64,000 nucleotides of DNA from Chrysomallon squamiferum (GCA_012295275.1 CM022668.1:9548001-9612000), one strand, 5' to 3'; counted from the first letter of the stretch, positions 1 to 14,060 are shown. Numbers and translations: made by a program. Notes: generated from the letters alone by a model not told the origin.

Positions 1-497
1 ATGTGCTGTGCAATATTTATCTGTGCTCCACTCAGAGGCAACGCCAGGCCAGAGTAAACAATGATTATTTTACGTCGGCGACAACGGCACATTTCACGTC
101 GTCGTTGTCTCGTTGACGTCGTGATGCATGGGACGTTAGCGGCAGTTTTACACGTCAGCCACGTTTGCGACGTCAGATAGCGCGCTACGTGGTCAACATA
201 CAGGAATCTTCATACAGCGTGAATGTGTGAACGGTAACAACGACATACACAACGCCAGCATCTCCAGTTTTGATCTTCATTGTGCTGTGAACCGTGGTCA
301 ACGCACACAAGTCTTTTAACAGTTACTTCACAAACGTCATCAGCGACGTGTCCTATATCACTGATGCTGTACGTCAACCACAACAACATAGATATTTCAG
401 ATGCATCATAGCTCAGCAACTACGTACACGACACCATGTGGCACATCATTAAAACAAATGTTAACGACGTTATAAACGACAGGACCTTATCGTACTC

Positions 498-1083
498 TGA
501 TATAAAATACAACATATTCTAAAATGGACCATATCTCACTGTGATATAAACTATGAGATATTCTAGAATGGACCATATCTCACTGTGATATAAACTGCAA
601 CATATTCTAAAATGGACCATATCTCACTGTGATATAAACTGCAACATATTCTAAAATGGACCATATCTCACTGTGATATAAACTGCAACATATTCTAAAA
701 TGGACCATATCTCACTGTGATATAAACTGCAACATATTCTAGAATGGACCATATCTCACTGTGATATAAACTGCAACATATTCTAGAATGGACCATATCT
801 CACTGTGATATAAACTATGAGATATTCTAGAATGGACCATATCTCACTGTGATATAAACTGCAACATATTCTAAAATGGACCATATCTCACTGTGATATA
901 AACTGCAACATATTCTAAAATGGACCATATCTCACTGTGATATAAACTACAAAATATTCTAGAATGGACCATATCTCACTGTGATATAAACTGCAACATA
1001 TTCTAGAATGGACCATATCTCACTGTGATATAAACTACAACATATTCTAGAATGGACCATATCCCACTGTGATATAAACCACA
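498..1083. repeat. Minisatellite, 44-bp unit, about 13 copies
   Basis: Unit CAACATATTCTA(A/G)AATGGACCATATCTCACTGTGATATAAACTG repeated head to tail with no spacers. Confidence 0.97.
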
Positions 1084-1487
1084 AGATAATAGGTACCAGT
1101 TCCCCAGCATGATACTGGAGAAAGAAGCACGCAATGAACTGCATACAATACATCCGATTAATACACGGGTCATGTCTTATATATTACAGCATCGCAGTTA
1201 ATCAGTTTTATGTGGCTCTTGCAGACGGCAAAATACACTTTCATTAAGCCATGGTTTCAACAACGACAGCAAAAGGAATAAAAGACAGCAGCAGCAGTAG
1301 CAACGTATAAATTACGTATGTATATGTGTGTACGTGCATATACATATAAATACACACACACACACATAAACCTAAACAAACACAAACACACACACACTCG
1401 CATACAAACACAGTACTTTTCAACTGAATATACAAATGGTTTATTTATTTGACAAATTTTGGGGTCTAAAAATATTACATACAAACA

Positions 1488-1562
<75 letters not shown>

Positions 1563-1980
1563 AGAGAGACACATTCGTCATTCTCCTTCATATTTTACAG
1601 AAACTTTAGACGAAATATTCTCTTCATCTTGAAATCGTTTCCTCCACTTTGGTCGTTCCTGTTTCATCAATACCGATAATAACAGAAAATAACTACATAA
1701 TCGTTTCGCCCATAAATAACCGCTAAAGTTTATAATAACAGCTTTTGGACGGCCCATTGCTGCCGGACACGATATTTAGTTCGATCCAGCTTAGTAAAGG
1801 AAATGCGACATGAAACATTGCTGCTTATCACGGTATGTAGCTCTGTCCGTGTAGGTACTGCATGGTACGCACGGTTCTGAACGGTAGTGCACGGTAAGTC
1901 ATTACAGTTAATGCACTACATGTAATTAAGGAGTAGATTTAAAAAATATATATAACAACAGCAGCATCATCAATAAGAAC

Positions 1981-2011
<31 letters not shown>

Positions 2012-2172
2012 AAATAAAGTAATAATAATAATAAATAAATTTAAAAAAATCATGAAAATTTTTGGTCATAAAAACAAATAAAAAAATACACAACAAAAAT
2101 ATAAAACAAATAATAATACAATCAACACTTCATTATTATTTAAAACAACAGTAACAACAACAACAATAACAA

Positions 2173-2213
<41 letters not shown>

Positions 2214-2689
2214 ATAATAATAATAACTATATTACCATCACTCCCATTTTCATCATTACAGTCATCATCATAACAGTCATCATCATTTTAAACATAGCTA
2301 TCATTAACAGCATAATAAAACCAGTAAAAACATTTTTTTTTATTTTTTTTTATTTTTTTTTTTTTTCAAATCAATCGACTGGTTTCAGGTCTTCTACTTA
2401 AGATATGAAATTTCCAAAGTCTATAACGTAACCGATCAACGTGTATGGTGGAGTATCCTTAAGTACCGCAAAACGACGACATCAACAGCACAGAGGACTC
2501 TGATTTGCTTAACATGTCTGGCCTCAATTAGGCCTTTCAATTTGCTGGTCCAACATTGTATTGACTTGTCATGATCGCAGGCACACAATCGATACAACAG
2601 AACATCTCAGGAAACACTCAACGAATCTGATGTAGACCGATGAAAATAAATTTCTACTACTGAACTGGATAGAGGGAGGGGGAGGGAGG

Positions 2690-2802
<113 letters not shown>

Positions 2803-2859
2803 ATCATTATGTATCATTAACACACAAACACGACGTATCGATATTAACCAAATTAACGC

Positions 2860-2990
2860 ATTAGTATCAGTCAAATATAATGTATCAGTAATATCCAAAT
2901 GTAACGTATCAGTAATATCCACAAATAACGTATCAGTAATATCCAAATATAACGTATCATCAACATTCAAATACGATACGTAGGTAACCC
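2860..2990. repeat. Short minisatellite, 24-bp unit, about 4-5 degenerate copies
   Basis: GTATCAGTAATATCC recurs at 2882, 2906 and 2930. Confidence 0.85.
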
Positions 2991-3869
2991 AAGTAAGGTA
3001 TTAATGACAACATGTTTCAGTGAGCTACATTTTTCTTCATATTAATGCATCCAAAGAATTTTTATAAATAAACAAACAAACAAACAAACAAACAACCAAA
3101 CAAATATATATATATATATAAAACAAATTTAAAAAAAACAAAAACAAAGGAGAAATAATAAAACCATAGAACGAACAAACAAACCAACAAACAAACAAAT
3201 AAGAAATGAACAAATCAATAAATAATAAACACGGTGATACCTATCGGTATGAAGATGCACACCTGCAAGAAAACAATACTTATCAGCAGCTGCCTGGAAT
3301 GCCTCGAACTGCTTTGTTCCACATACTGCACGTGTCTCTAGAGTCAGTTTTCAATAAGTAATGAGCGGTGCGGTTGTAATTACTTGTCCGATATCTGGGG
3401 TGTGACGTATCGACTTTCTGTTCTACTACAACTTGAAATTAAGAAAGTTATGTGAGTGTACATACAACCAAAGCCGCATCGAAGACGTTAAAATTTTATC
3501 ACAGTTGTGTATATGTGTATGTGTGTTAGATTGAGATAAAGTTAGCGTTTTCGATGTGGTTTTGGTTAGTTTTTCAAACGGAGGTTTTACGTCTGTTACA
3601 GATTTCCATTGTCAAATTACGTTTAGAATTGTAATATTTAAAGTCTTGAAAAAAAAAGGGGAAAAACATTAGGTAAATAATCATGTTTCCTGATCCTTAC
3701 CTATTTCCATCTGTACATCCTTCTGTCAGTTTGTGTATATACTGTTCATGTATATACACTTTGGCATACACAGTAATATGTACCATATAACGTATGTGTG
3801 TGCATGTTAGTGTTTATGAATATATGTGTATCTTTCTATGTCTGTCTGTAGTTCTCTGTGGTTATTTAA

Positions 3870-3942
<73 letters not shown>

Positions 3943-4225
3943 TGACGTAAAATAGTTGACTAACATTACAATCTACACGTACGAATGATGTCACATGAAA
4001 CTGTTTTTCAAATCTCAAGAGAATGACAACCTAACTTAAAAAATCAAACAATTATATCTCACACGAAACAGTTCCCTCATTAATAATGCAAATATATCAA
4101 TAATTATCTCCCTTTGTACTGTGGCGTCCGTGAAAGGAATATATAATGAGCCGAGGTGAGAGTATTATGAAATTAAAATAAATAAATAAATAAATAAATA
4201 AACAAACAAATGAAACAATGAAATG

Positions 4226-4271
<46 letters not shown>

Positions 4272-4364
4272 GGTCAGTTAATTGAATAATTTAAAAGTTG
4301 AGATACAGATACAACGTAAGTAATAATAAATACAATAAACAAAAACATGATCAGTAGCAACGCC

Positions 4365-4740
4365 AAACAACAACAATGACACTTAAACCACAAAAATCAC
4401 CACAAAAACAACAAAACAACAAAAACAACAAAACAACAACAACAAAAAATACAAAATCACGATAATAACAAAACAGAATTTACAACATGAAAAGTACCAC
4501 ATAACGAAACAACAGTAACAATAACAGCAAAACGACAATAACAACAAAACGACAATAATAACAACAAAACGACAACAACGACAACAAAATAACAACGACA
4601 ACAAAACGGCAATAACAACAAAATAACAACGACAACAAAACGGCAATAACAACAAAACAACAATAATAACAACAAATTGACAATAACAACGAAACAACAG
4701 TAGTAACAACAACAGTAACAACAAAACGACAATAACAAAG
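4365..4740. repeat. CAA/ACAAAACGACAATAAC low-complexity repeat
   Basis: Degenerate CAA-based units; source of the spurious L/V/C-rich ORFs. Confidence 0.85.
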
Positions 4741-5025
4741 AAAATTTAATCTAAGCTATCATGCTAACACCAGAAAAGACGTTGTCTGCTTTCCCACGTA
4801 ATATTCATTGACTACAATAAACATTCTATGAAACAGATATATATCGGTTTTAAGAAAGTCAAAAATATCAGCTAGATAACATTCTATGATTCCTGGGAGC
4901 CATGTAACTGATAACAATCAGACTCCTACGCGAAAAAAAATGTTGATCTGTTTTGTATGAAAAGAAAAACAAGTAAAATTATTTTCATTGACTCGGAAGA
5001 TGAGTCAAGCAAAAAAAAAAAAAAA

Positions 5026-5088
<63 letters not shown>

Positions 5089-5092
5089 TGAA

Positions 5093-5124
<32 letters not shown>

Positions 5125-5619
5125 TAACATGACTTATGTGCATTAATCAAGAATGTCGATAGACATGCAGACATTCCCCGAATTACGTGGATGAATAATT
5201 CTGAAAAACCTTATGTAATTTAAAATAGTTTTTTGTCATAAAGACATGACAATATTAACTGTTTAATTTAAACAACCACAACAACAACAAAAACAACAAC
5301 AACAACAACAACAGCAATAAGCCAAGATGTCCTTATGTAAGTATGGATATTTGTTAGTAGGATCTATGTATGATGGGGCATTTCTGCATCTACACACCAC
5401 GCATGCGCACATCTTTATATTGACTAACATGTTCTTTCCAAACGCTCATTTAAAAACTCACCCACGTCATTTCAATGAAGCAGAAACTATTTAAAGACAT
5501 AAACTGAAGAAGACGGACAACTGAACACAGACTGCGAGGAAATAATAATAAAATCATCAGAGATGAAAATCGGGTTACGTCAGACTGGATAAACCATTTT
5601 ATTTAATTCACAGAGCGGG

Positions 5620-5935
5620 AAAATTCACTTTGCGCTGTAATGACGTAATCAGCGTTTGATTGACGGCTGCAGATCGCATTAATTAGCAAAAATGGCGTCG
5701 CAAACACTTTTGTATTGTCGACGCCAAAAGCTGACACTTCCGTTGTTTTTCTTGTGTTTATTGTTTCATTATTATTTTAGTGACGATGGCAGTTGACAGA
5801 GAAATATTTTTGAGACTTCACGTTATTGTTGTTTGAAACGGATCATTCGGAGATATTGATTAGTTTGTAACTGACAACGTCAATAATTAATATCCTGCGC
5901 CAGTCCTCGACCTGTCAGTCACAGTAATTGACAGG
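5620..5935. promoter_or_regulatory. CpG-rich motif cluster, enhancer/promoter-like
   Basis: TGACGTAA, TGATTGACGG, TTAATTAG, AAAATGGCG (YY1-like), ACTTCCG (ETS-like), TGACTGACAG on the minus strand (5912-5921) and TAATTGACAG (5925-5934). Confidence 0.4.
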
Positions 5936-6028
5936 AATTCTAGTAGTCTGGATGAAGAACATTAAATTTACTGGTAGGTAATTTTCGATAAGGCGGATTT
6001 ATAAATAAAATAAAATAAAATAAAATAA

Positions 6029-6061
<33 letters not shown>

Positions 6062-6235
6062 TGTTTATTTATTTATTTTTTTAAATTTTTTTTTTTTTTT
6101 AAAATTATTTTTTTTATTATTGCTGTTCGTATTAAAATTTGAACAAATAACATATTCCATAAACTGATATTTCTCTGTAAATGGATGACTGAAAATTTCT
6201 TACGATACCTCATCGTGTATTAATTTTTATTAAAC

Positions 6236-6352
6236 GAAAGAAGAAACCCGCTGAAACCATTCAGTCGCTAATCGCTTAGCAGAAAGCGATCTTTGTTATT
6301 ACCTTCCAGTTAACAGTAAAAGCGTGCTTCGGTTGGAACGGGCGATAGCCCA
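6236..6352. mobile_element. Decayed SINE-like fragment
   Basis: Blocks GAAACCCGCTG, TTAGCAG.AAG.GATCTTT and GGTTGGAACG.G..ATAGCCCAA occur in the order I recall from an abundant gastropod SINE body. Recalled similarity only, not searched. Confidence 0.4.
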
Positions 6353-7579
6353 AAAGAATTAGTGGCTGCCATTCAGCCAGAATCAGACATTCATTCAGTT
6401 AGTAATATGAAGATGTAAATTCTACCTACCTGCCTACATACCTTCAGCCCTACTATCTACACATCAATATAAACCTATCCACCTACCCAACTAATCACAC
6501 CCACCCACACCCACACCCACACACACACAGACACACAGACACACACACACACACACACCAACACCCACACACACAGACACAGACACACATACACAGACAC
6601 ACCCACACACACCCACACCCACACACACACACACCCACACCCATACCCCCCCCCACACACACCTACAGACACACACATTCACACACACACCTACACACAC
6701 ACACGTGTATTAATTATCATGACGTTTCTCTCTCACACACAAGTACTGTACGGGAGGTTCCAGTTACCAAGGAAACGAGAACCTGGTTTATTGTGGCTTA
6801 GAGATGCTTTGAGCAACCACGGTAATTAAATTACGACGAAGTTTATTATGACATTTCTGTATTCTTGCAACATGACAACCTTGGTGATTAGAAGAGCTTG
6901 ATACGTGTTTACGTGTCAACGAGAGAGTGTGTCTAACTTACCACGTGTCGCAGCTTCCACACGTAACAGCGTTACGCATCAAACGTTACGCATCGAACGT
7001 TACGCAATACGTTTTAAATTAAACGTGGACGTAGGCGTGTGAGTGAATGCCTGAGCTAGTGAATAAATCAGCAAGTGAGCATTTATGTGAGTCAGTCAAC
7101 GGTTACATGTTACGCAGTATGTACCTGTGAGTAAAGATGTGAGTTGGTGAGTGAACTAGCGAATTAATGACTCAGTGAATTGTTGCGTATTACGTTACAA
7201 AATGTCTTTATGCTTGAACTTATGCGAGCAAATGTGAGTTAGTGAGCAAATGTGAGATCGATTAGCAAGTGAGTATTTATATGAGTAAGTAAAAATATGA
7301 CGTGTCTTTTGCTCAGAACGTTAACTAAATATGGGTATATTAGTGAGTAACTAACTGTATGCAGTTAAGTCGACGAAAGATATAGCAAGTTGATAAATCC
7401 TTATGTGTTGCTTGCAGACTATTTTAACTGAATATGCGTGAGTTATTGAGTAATTTTGTCTGTCAGTTAGTGTGAGCGAGTGAGTCTGTGAGTCGATAAA
7501 CTACTAAGTGTTAGAGAACATAGACTTCTAATTTAACAGACACACGTACATACAGACAGCATGCTAGAATGAGAGTATG

Positions 7580-8130
7580 CGTTAGTAAGTTGAAATGTTA
7601 GTGTGTTAGTTAATAAGTTAGTGACTAAATTGGTTAAAGTGATAATAAGTTAATATGATAGTATAGTATGTTAAAATGTTAATAAGTTAATACGTTAGTA
7701 AGTTAATGTGATAGTACTCTAACGCGTTAGTAAGTTAGTATGTTAATAAGTTAATACGTTAGTAAGTTAATGTTATAGTACTCTAACGCGTTAGTAAGTT
7801 AGTATGTTAATGCTGTAGTGAGTGAGTTAATGTGATGCTAAGTTATTTGTCATAGAGTGAACGTATGTGATGGTAAACAAGTCAGAGTGATTGTGAAGAA
7901 GATGAATAAGTTAATATGTTAGAAGGTTAATATGAAAATAAGAATGTTAACTTGTTAGTAATCAAGTTTATGTCTTAGTAAGTTAATGTGTTAGTGAGTA
8001 ATGTATAAACTGAAGAGTCAGTCATTTAATGTGATAGTAATTGAATATATGAAAGTTAGTTTGTTAGTAAGTTAAGGCGATAGTGAGTGAAGTAACATGT
8101 TATAAAGTTAATGTGTTAGTGTGTAAAAAA
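7580..8130. repeat. Degenerate GTTAGTAAGTTAATGT-type satellite containing a near-perfect 64-bp tandem duplication (7681-7744 / 7745-7808)
   Basis: Visible recurrence of GTTAGTAAGTTAAT; the 64-mer AATAAGTTAATACG...GTTAGTATGTT occurs twice with one difference. Confidence 0.8.
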
Positions 8131-8421
8131 TAAATCTATAAGTGAGTGAAAAGATTAAATATGTATGTGAATACATGAACGTATTTTGAAGTGCCACTAA
8201 CTGAATACAAATGCACAATCAGATAAATGAGAGACTATTATTATTTTATTATTTCTGTATCCACACCAGCTACACGTCATGTACACTGCAACATTAATAT
8301 TTAAAAGAGTAAATATATAAAGTTATGTATTTTTTCAAAAGAATATACTGATGTATCGATGTATTTTATTTCCTACATTTTTTAAACAGGGAGAGAAAGA
8401 TATATATATATATATATATAT

Positions 8422-8503
<82 letters not shown>

Positions 8504-8565
8504 CTCTGTATTAACAGTTAGTAGTAATTATTAATGAACTTTCCAAAACGAAGGTCTCTGAATAT

Positions 8566-8657
<92 letters not shown>

Positions 8658-8739
8658 CATGTAAATAAATAAACGCACGGAACAGCTGCACATGTATCGA
8701 ATTTGTAACAAGATATTCACGTTCAATACAAACAACGTT

Positions 8740-9090
8740 ACGGTGCCAAATTCCTCGTGCGTGTCTGCACGTGAACGAAGTGCTTGACGACGACTTGGGC
8801 CGCTGCCAGACGGAAAGGTGTGCGCATCAAAGCGTCGACTGAACAGTCGTATCGCGAAGTCAGCAATGCAATTAATCCGAGCGCCGTACTACATCGCTAC
8901 GACGACATTATGCCACGGCTGACGTGTGTGTCGTTCATCGCTGGAATCTCTATGCAGAGTATTCCATAAGTTCCCATTGCAGATCTTCGCGGTAATTGCG
9001 TTGGCCCGGCGTTTTTATTGGAACCAGACGCGTGCTTTGGCGAAAGGTAGCTGTTGCCTACCGCAAAGAACCGCTTTATGTAACAAGTGA
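8740..9090. promoter_or_regulatory. GC/CpG-rich non-coding island, promoter/enhancer-like
   Basis: Markedly more GC- and CpG-rich than the flanks, no convincing coding frame, ATTGG at 9017, about 1 kb upstream of the exon A/B promoter candidate. Confidence 0.35.
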
Positions 9091-9129
9091 ATGATCGAAG
9101 AAAGAAAGAGAACGAGTATAGAGATAATA

Positions 9130-9167
<38 letters not shown>

Positions 9168-10014
9168 TGATGATGATGATGATGATAATAATAATAATAA
9201 TAATAATGATGATGATAATAATAATAATAATAATAATAATGATGATGATGATGATGATGATGATAATAATAATAATAACAACAACAACAATAACAATCTG
9301 TCATCTTCTTCAGAAAGGTGTCAAAATAACATCAATATGGAACCCTAACATTTTTTTCTTTTAGTTGCCTTTTTTTTTTTTTTTTTTTTTTTTACCACAC
9401 ATCAAGTTTTCGCGAGCTACTGGTTGTCGTGATGTTGTTGTCGATGTAGTTCTGGTGTTGAGACGTTGTACTCTTGTCACGTTGTCTACAGATTTTTCTG
9501 CTTTACAAACTTCGCTCTTACTGACAAGAATATGCTTGGACTTAATTGTAAGACATTCCTGAGTGACAAGAACAGAACGTTTTAACCCGGTGCATTTGTG
9601 TGTTTATCCAGTTTGTGGCTGTTAGCTTTTGAAAACTTCAGTGTAGATTTATTTGTACGGTTATAAAATATGCAAAAAAAGACAGAAAGAAAAGGGATCA
9701 CAAAGTGATTAAGTGGTTAAAAAGGAAGGAAAGAAGGAGAAGAAAAAAGAGACGTGAAGAAAGAAAGGAAAGAAAAGAAAGAAGACAGAAAGGAAAAAAA
9801 TAAAAAATAAAAAAATAAATAAATAAAATAAATAAATAAATAAAAAAAAGAGAAACAAAAGAACACAACAACAAAAAAAAACAACGACAAAACAAGAAAA
9901 AGAGGAATAATAAAGAAAGAAGAGAAAAGAAAAAGTAATTAAAAACTGAAGAAAAATAAAGAAGACAGAAAACAGGAAAAATACAAAACAGAACGAAACA
10001 GTACCTTAAAAACA

Positions 10015-10057
<43 letters not shown>

Positions 10058-10109
10058 TAGCGAAAAAGAAAAGTAGAACCTCAAACACTAACGCCGAATG
10101 AAATCAAGC

Positions 10110-10220
10110 TAGTTTTGTAAAACTACACGCCATTGGTTCATTCATATTCATGCGTGAAACAACAACAACAACACAAACAAAAAACAAAAAACGACGGACA
10201 CAATGGAAAACGTCAGTCTA
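10110..10220 (+). promoter_or_regulatory. Candidate promoter upstream of exons A/B
   Basis: Reverse CCAAT box (ATTGG, 10132-10136) about 80 nt before an initiator-like TCAGTC (10213-10218), followed by CpG-rich UTR-like sequence and a CAC|GTAAGT donor at 10841. Confidence 0.4.
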
Positions 10221-11124
10221 CGAGACAAGTGTCGGCTTTCCTTTCCACGCTTCTGTGACACGTTGTTGTTGTTGTTGTTCGGCGGCGGAATCGATCAGTG
10301 GCGAAAAGTTACAGCGGAGCCGTCCTCTCGATCCAGCCTCGCAGTAATTAACACAACTGAAAGCGATTGGATTTTAGGATTGCTGTTTTATCCGGAATAG
10401 GATTCGCCTGGTATTGGAAGACCTGTGCGCTGCGGACAGTGGATGCTCGGAGCGGTTCCGAAGAGGATTTACTAATAAATTCTTTGTGTGTGATGATTAT
10501 TAGATCACTTCCAGTCATCGAGATCGTTACTTCGCACACGTCTGTTATTACTCAGCGGAGATAACATTTTTCGTTCGTTGTTCGTTCTTTTTTTTTTGTT
10601 TGCTGTTTTTGATTTTTTTTAATACGTGTTTGATTGACTAAGCTCTTGGATAATTTTCTCAATGAAAGACTTGTTTTAGTTTTTCAGCTCTGTGTGTTAA
10701 ACTGATGGTTGAGGGATCGAATCGGCTTCGGCGGATAATTTTTGTTTCTTACTTAAACAGTCTTGAAGTTAGTTTCGCAACAGGTGTAAAACAATTTAAA
10801 TTTTGATAAAATCAAACAGAATCTTGTTTCGTTTTATCACGTAAGTTATACTTTTCAGGACAAAAGTATAATTTAGTTTCTTTTAACACTGTAAACGAGC
10901 CGAACTGTCAACACGGACATTACTGTTAAATTTAAGATTCTGTTTTAAACTTACTTGTTTCAACAAATGGACAGGATATGAAAACGTGACGTCATTGTGA
11001 ATAATTACAAAAAGATTTATCAGCACACTTGTTGTTGTTGTTGTTGTTGTTATTATTATAATTATTTTATTTTTTCTCTCTCGTGAGGTAAAGGATTAAA
11101 AGGATTCAAAGGATTGTAGACAGG

Positions 11125-11199
11125 ATGAATGTTCAAGTGAGTGGAAATTCGCGCCAGGATTCAGGGGGAGGTAAATCGAGACAAGCAGCAGACGCCGAG
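11125..11199 (+). CDS. Candidate alternative first coding exon A of an unidentified plus-strand gene (MNVQVSGNSRQDSGGGKSRQAADAE)
   Basis: GACAGG-ATG-AAT start; ends GAG|GTTTGT, phase 0; resembles exons B and C. Competing internal donors (CAA|GTGAGT at 11137, GAG|GTAAAT at 11171) make the 3' boundary uncertain. Confidence 0.45.
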
Positions 11200-11761
11200 G
11201 TTTGTGGAAATCTAGACATCTAGAAAGTTTTAGTTTTACTTTTAATGCTTTTAGTTTTTCTCACCCTTTGAGCACAACGCGAATTATTTTCAGCGAAACT
11301 GATACAGCACTTTTGTATTTCTTATTTTCATTATTATTATTATTATTATTTTTTAAATAGCATGTTTTATGCAGTACAGCACTTTGACTTTTTGTGAAGT
11401 TTTATTGTTTTGATTTTTTAAATCATGTTTTTTTTTTTTTTTTTTTTTTTGTATCACCACAACAACAAACAAACTGATTTAGTAAATCCGTAAATAATTA
11501 GTAAAAAAAAATTAAAAGAAAAGAAAAAAGTGAAAATACAAACGTGACAGAAAAAAAAGAAACGAAACGAAAATATAACTTAACAATCATTAAAAGCAGA
11601 AAGCAAAAAAAAAAAATACACTGAAAAAAAAAAAAAAAAAAAAAAAAGATAAGATAATAAAACAATAAAAAAAAAAAAAAAGAAAGAAAAAAAAAGAAGC
11701 AAGGAAGACATTTTCAACATAAATATTCATTAACTTAAAACATGAAGTAACAAAAATAACA

Positions 11762-11803
<42 letters not shown>

Positions 11804-11950
11804 AAAAAAGAAAAAAATCTTAAATAAAATCGTCTGTCTGGAGTCTTCTTTGTGGAACTTTACGATTTTTGGATTCTACGCGGATATAAGTAGATATTTT
11901 TGAAATCTGCGTCTCGGTTTTAAAAGTGTGAACAGACGAACACGACCAGG

Positions 11951-12031
11951 ATGAACTCAGCGTCTGCGGTGACTGTGAAACAGGGAGGTGACGTGAAAAA
12001 CCGAAAACCCAAACAGGAATTGGATTTAGAG
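11951..12031 (+). CDS. Candidate alternative first coding exon B (MNSASAVTVKQGGDVKNRKPKQELDLE)
   Basis: GACCAGG-ATG-AAC start; ends GAG|GTTTGT, phase 0, followed by intron-like low-complexity DNA; clear peptide similarity to exon C. Confidence 0.58.
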
Positions 12032-13616
12032 GTTTGTTTGTTTGTTTGTGTGTCCATCCGTCCTTTCGTGTGTCTGTCAAACGCTGTCTCTCTTTTTTTT
12101 TTATTATAATGTAGTCTTCCTGCTAAACTCACTTTATAGTCATTTTTTTATTATTATTATTATTTATTTTTTATTTTTTTTGAATTTTCGTATTTTTTAA
12201 TGTGTCTTTTTGCTTATTTGGTGTTATTTTATTTTATATATTTTATTTTATTTTATTCTATTTTATTCTTTTTTATTTGTCATTCGTTAATTTTTTTCTT
12301 TCTTTCTTTCTTTTCATTTTACTTTCTTATTCATTCCTTCCTTCATTCATTCAATGTTTTATTATATTACTGTACTGTCCATTATTTAAAGTTTATTACA
12401 ATTTATTTTATTATATAGCTTTTAATTTATTATTTATTAGTTGCACTTTATCTAGCAGAAATTTTCTGAAGATAATAAGGCATGGGCTTTTAACACACAT
12501 GTTTATAAATAAACACTTACTAAGTTTCTTAATACACGCTTACGCACACATACGCACATATATATATACGCACATATACACATAATAAATATAATAGAGA
12601 CATAGAACCATATATACTTTATATTTCTATATCTATCTATATATATATACACACAAAAGTACGTACATACAAAGCTATAATTACATACATACAAATAACT
12701 ATATATAACTTACATACATACATAACTATATATAACTATATACACTGAAATATACACACAAATATATATATATATATATTATGTGTATGTTTCAGTCTAT
12801 ATAGTTATGTATGTATGTAAGTATGGCTTTGTATGTACGTACTTTTGTATGTGTGTATATATATATATATATAGATAGATAGATAGATAGATATAGAAAT
12901 ATAAAGTGTATACTTTTGTGTATATATAAATATATATAGATATAGAAATATAAAGTATATATATATGCTCACATAGACACACACATACATATACATACAC
13001 TATGCACACAGACAAGCCAAATTACAATATTTACAACTGTTGCTTGCTGATAAGACAATCAGATAACAAAAACGACTTTCCTGATTAATCTCAACAGTAA
13101 CCACAGCGAGTATCACATCTCTGCTTCATTTGTACCCACCAGTCTGTGCGTCGTGATTTCCATATACATTACATTGCATTTTCATTGAACCTAATCTCAT
13201 CTGCATAGTTATTACACCCACAAGATTTCGCTTGATAAAACGGACGCGATGTCGTAAACGTAGTGACTGACGTAGTAGTTGCTGGTGATTTCATAGGTAA
13301 TTGGGTTAACATTGTAGTTGAGATTTTTTTTTCATAGTTACTAAAGTTTTCACAGTTAGTAATACGTTAACTGGGTTGTCATACATAATAACGTGTTCAT
13401 TAGGTTTTCATAGTCAAGTAAGGTTTCGTAGTAAATAACATGCTGATCAGGTTTTCATAGGTAATAAAGTTTTCGTAATTAATAACATGTTGATTAGGTT
13501 TTCATAGTTAATAGAGTTTTCAAAGTAGCTAGCATTTTGATTATCACTGGTGAAGTTTTCATAGTAATTGACAGCTTTTGAAATTTTCACAGTAATTCAG
13601 TTAAATGTGCGGCATC

Positions 13617-14060
13617 CTCCCATTTGTTGCACATCCCATTTGTCATGCACCTTATACGAAAACAGGTCATGGCTGAGTGAACTGCTTGCTAATCATGTGC
13701 CTCCAACCTAGCATGCAATAACAGACTCACCTTCCTAGTTGTTACGCAGTCACATTAGGGAATAATTTAGCAAAACCATTACTAACAGTTAAGAAACAGT
13801 TACAGAAACACATATATAGTCACATCCACTTATTATAAATTCAGTCACAGTCACATAACAAAAAAATAATATGAATTATCATATCTCACTTAGTACATAC
13901 GAATGATACATGTTGCACGTATAGCATATATTATTACAGTGCTATAGCATACATTAGTATATAAATGTTTTGAGCCAAGTTCAGCGTCAACTGTTCCATT
14001 AATATAATACGGGCTTAATTTGTCCCTAAATATGCATGTTTGGTGTGTACCAAATGGGAG
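13617..14060. mobile_element. MITE-like insert bounded by 17-bp inverted repeats
   Basis: CTCCCATTTGTTGCACA (13617-13633) versus reverse complement of 14044-14060, CTCCCATTTGGTACACA (15/17 match); it interrupts a degenerate GGTTTTCATAGTTA repeat present on both sides. Confidence 0.45.

Noticed and set aside
536-545. CACTGTG (RAG/Transib heptamer complement) in each 44-bp unit
   Set aside because: No ACAAAAACC-like nonamer at 12 or 23 nt on the relevant strand.
498-1083. CRISPR-like appearance of the 44-bp, 28-bp (48121-49573) and 26-bp (61433-61846) arrays
   Set aside because: Units are head to tail with no unique spacers, there are no cas genes, and the context is eukaryotic.
10700-10745. 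GGATCGAATC B-box-like motif suggesting a tRNA or SINE head
   Set aside because: No A box or cloverleaf could be built.
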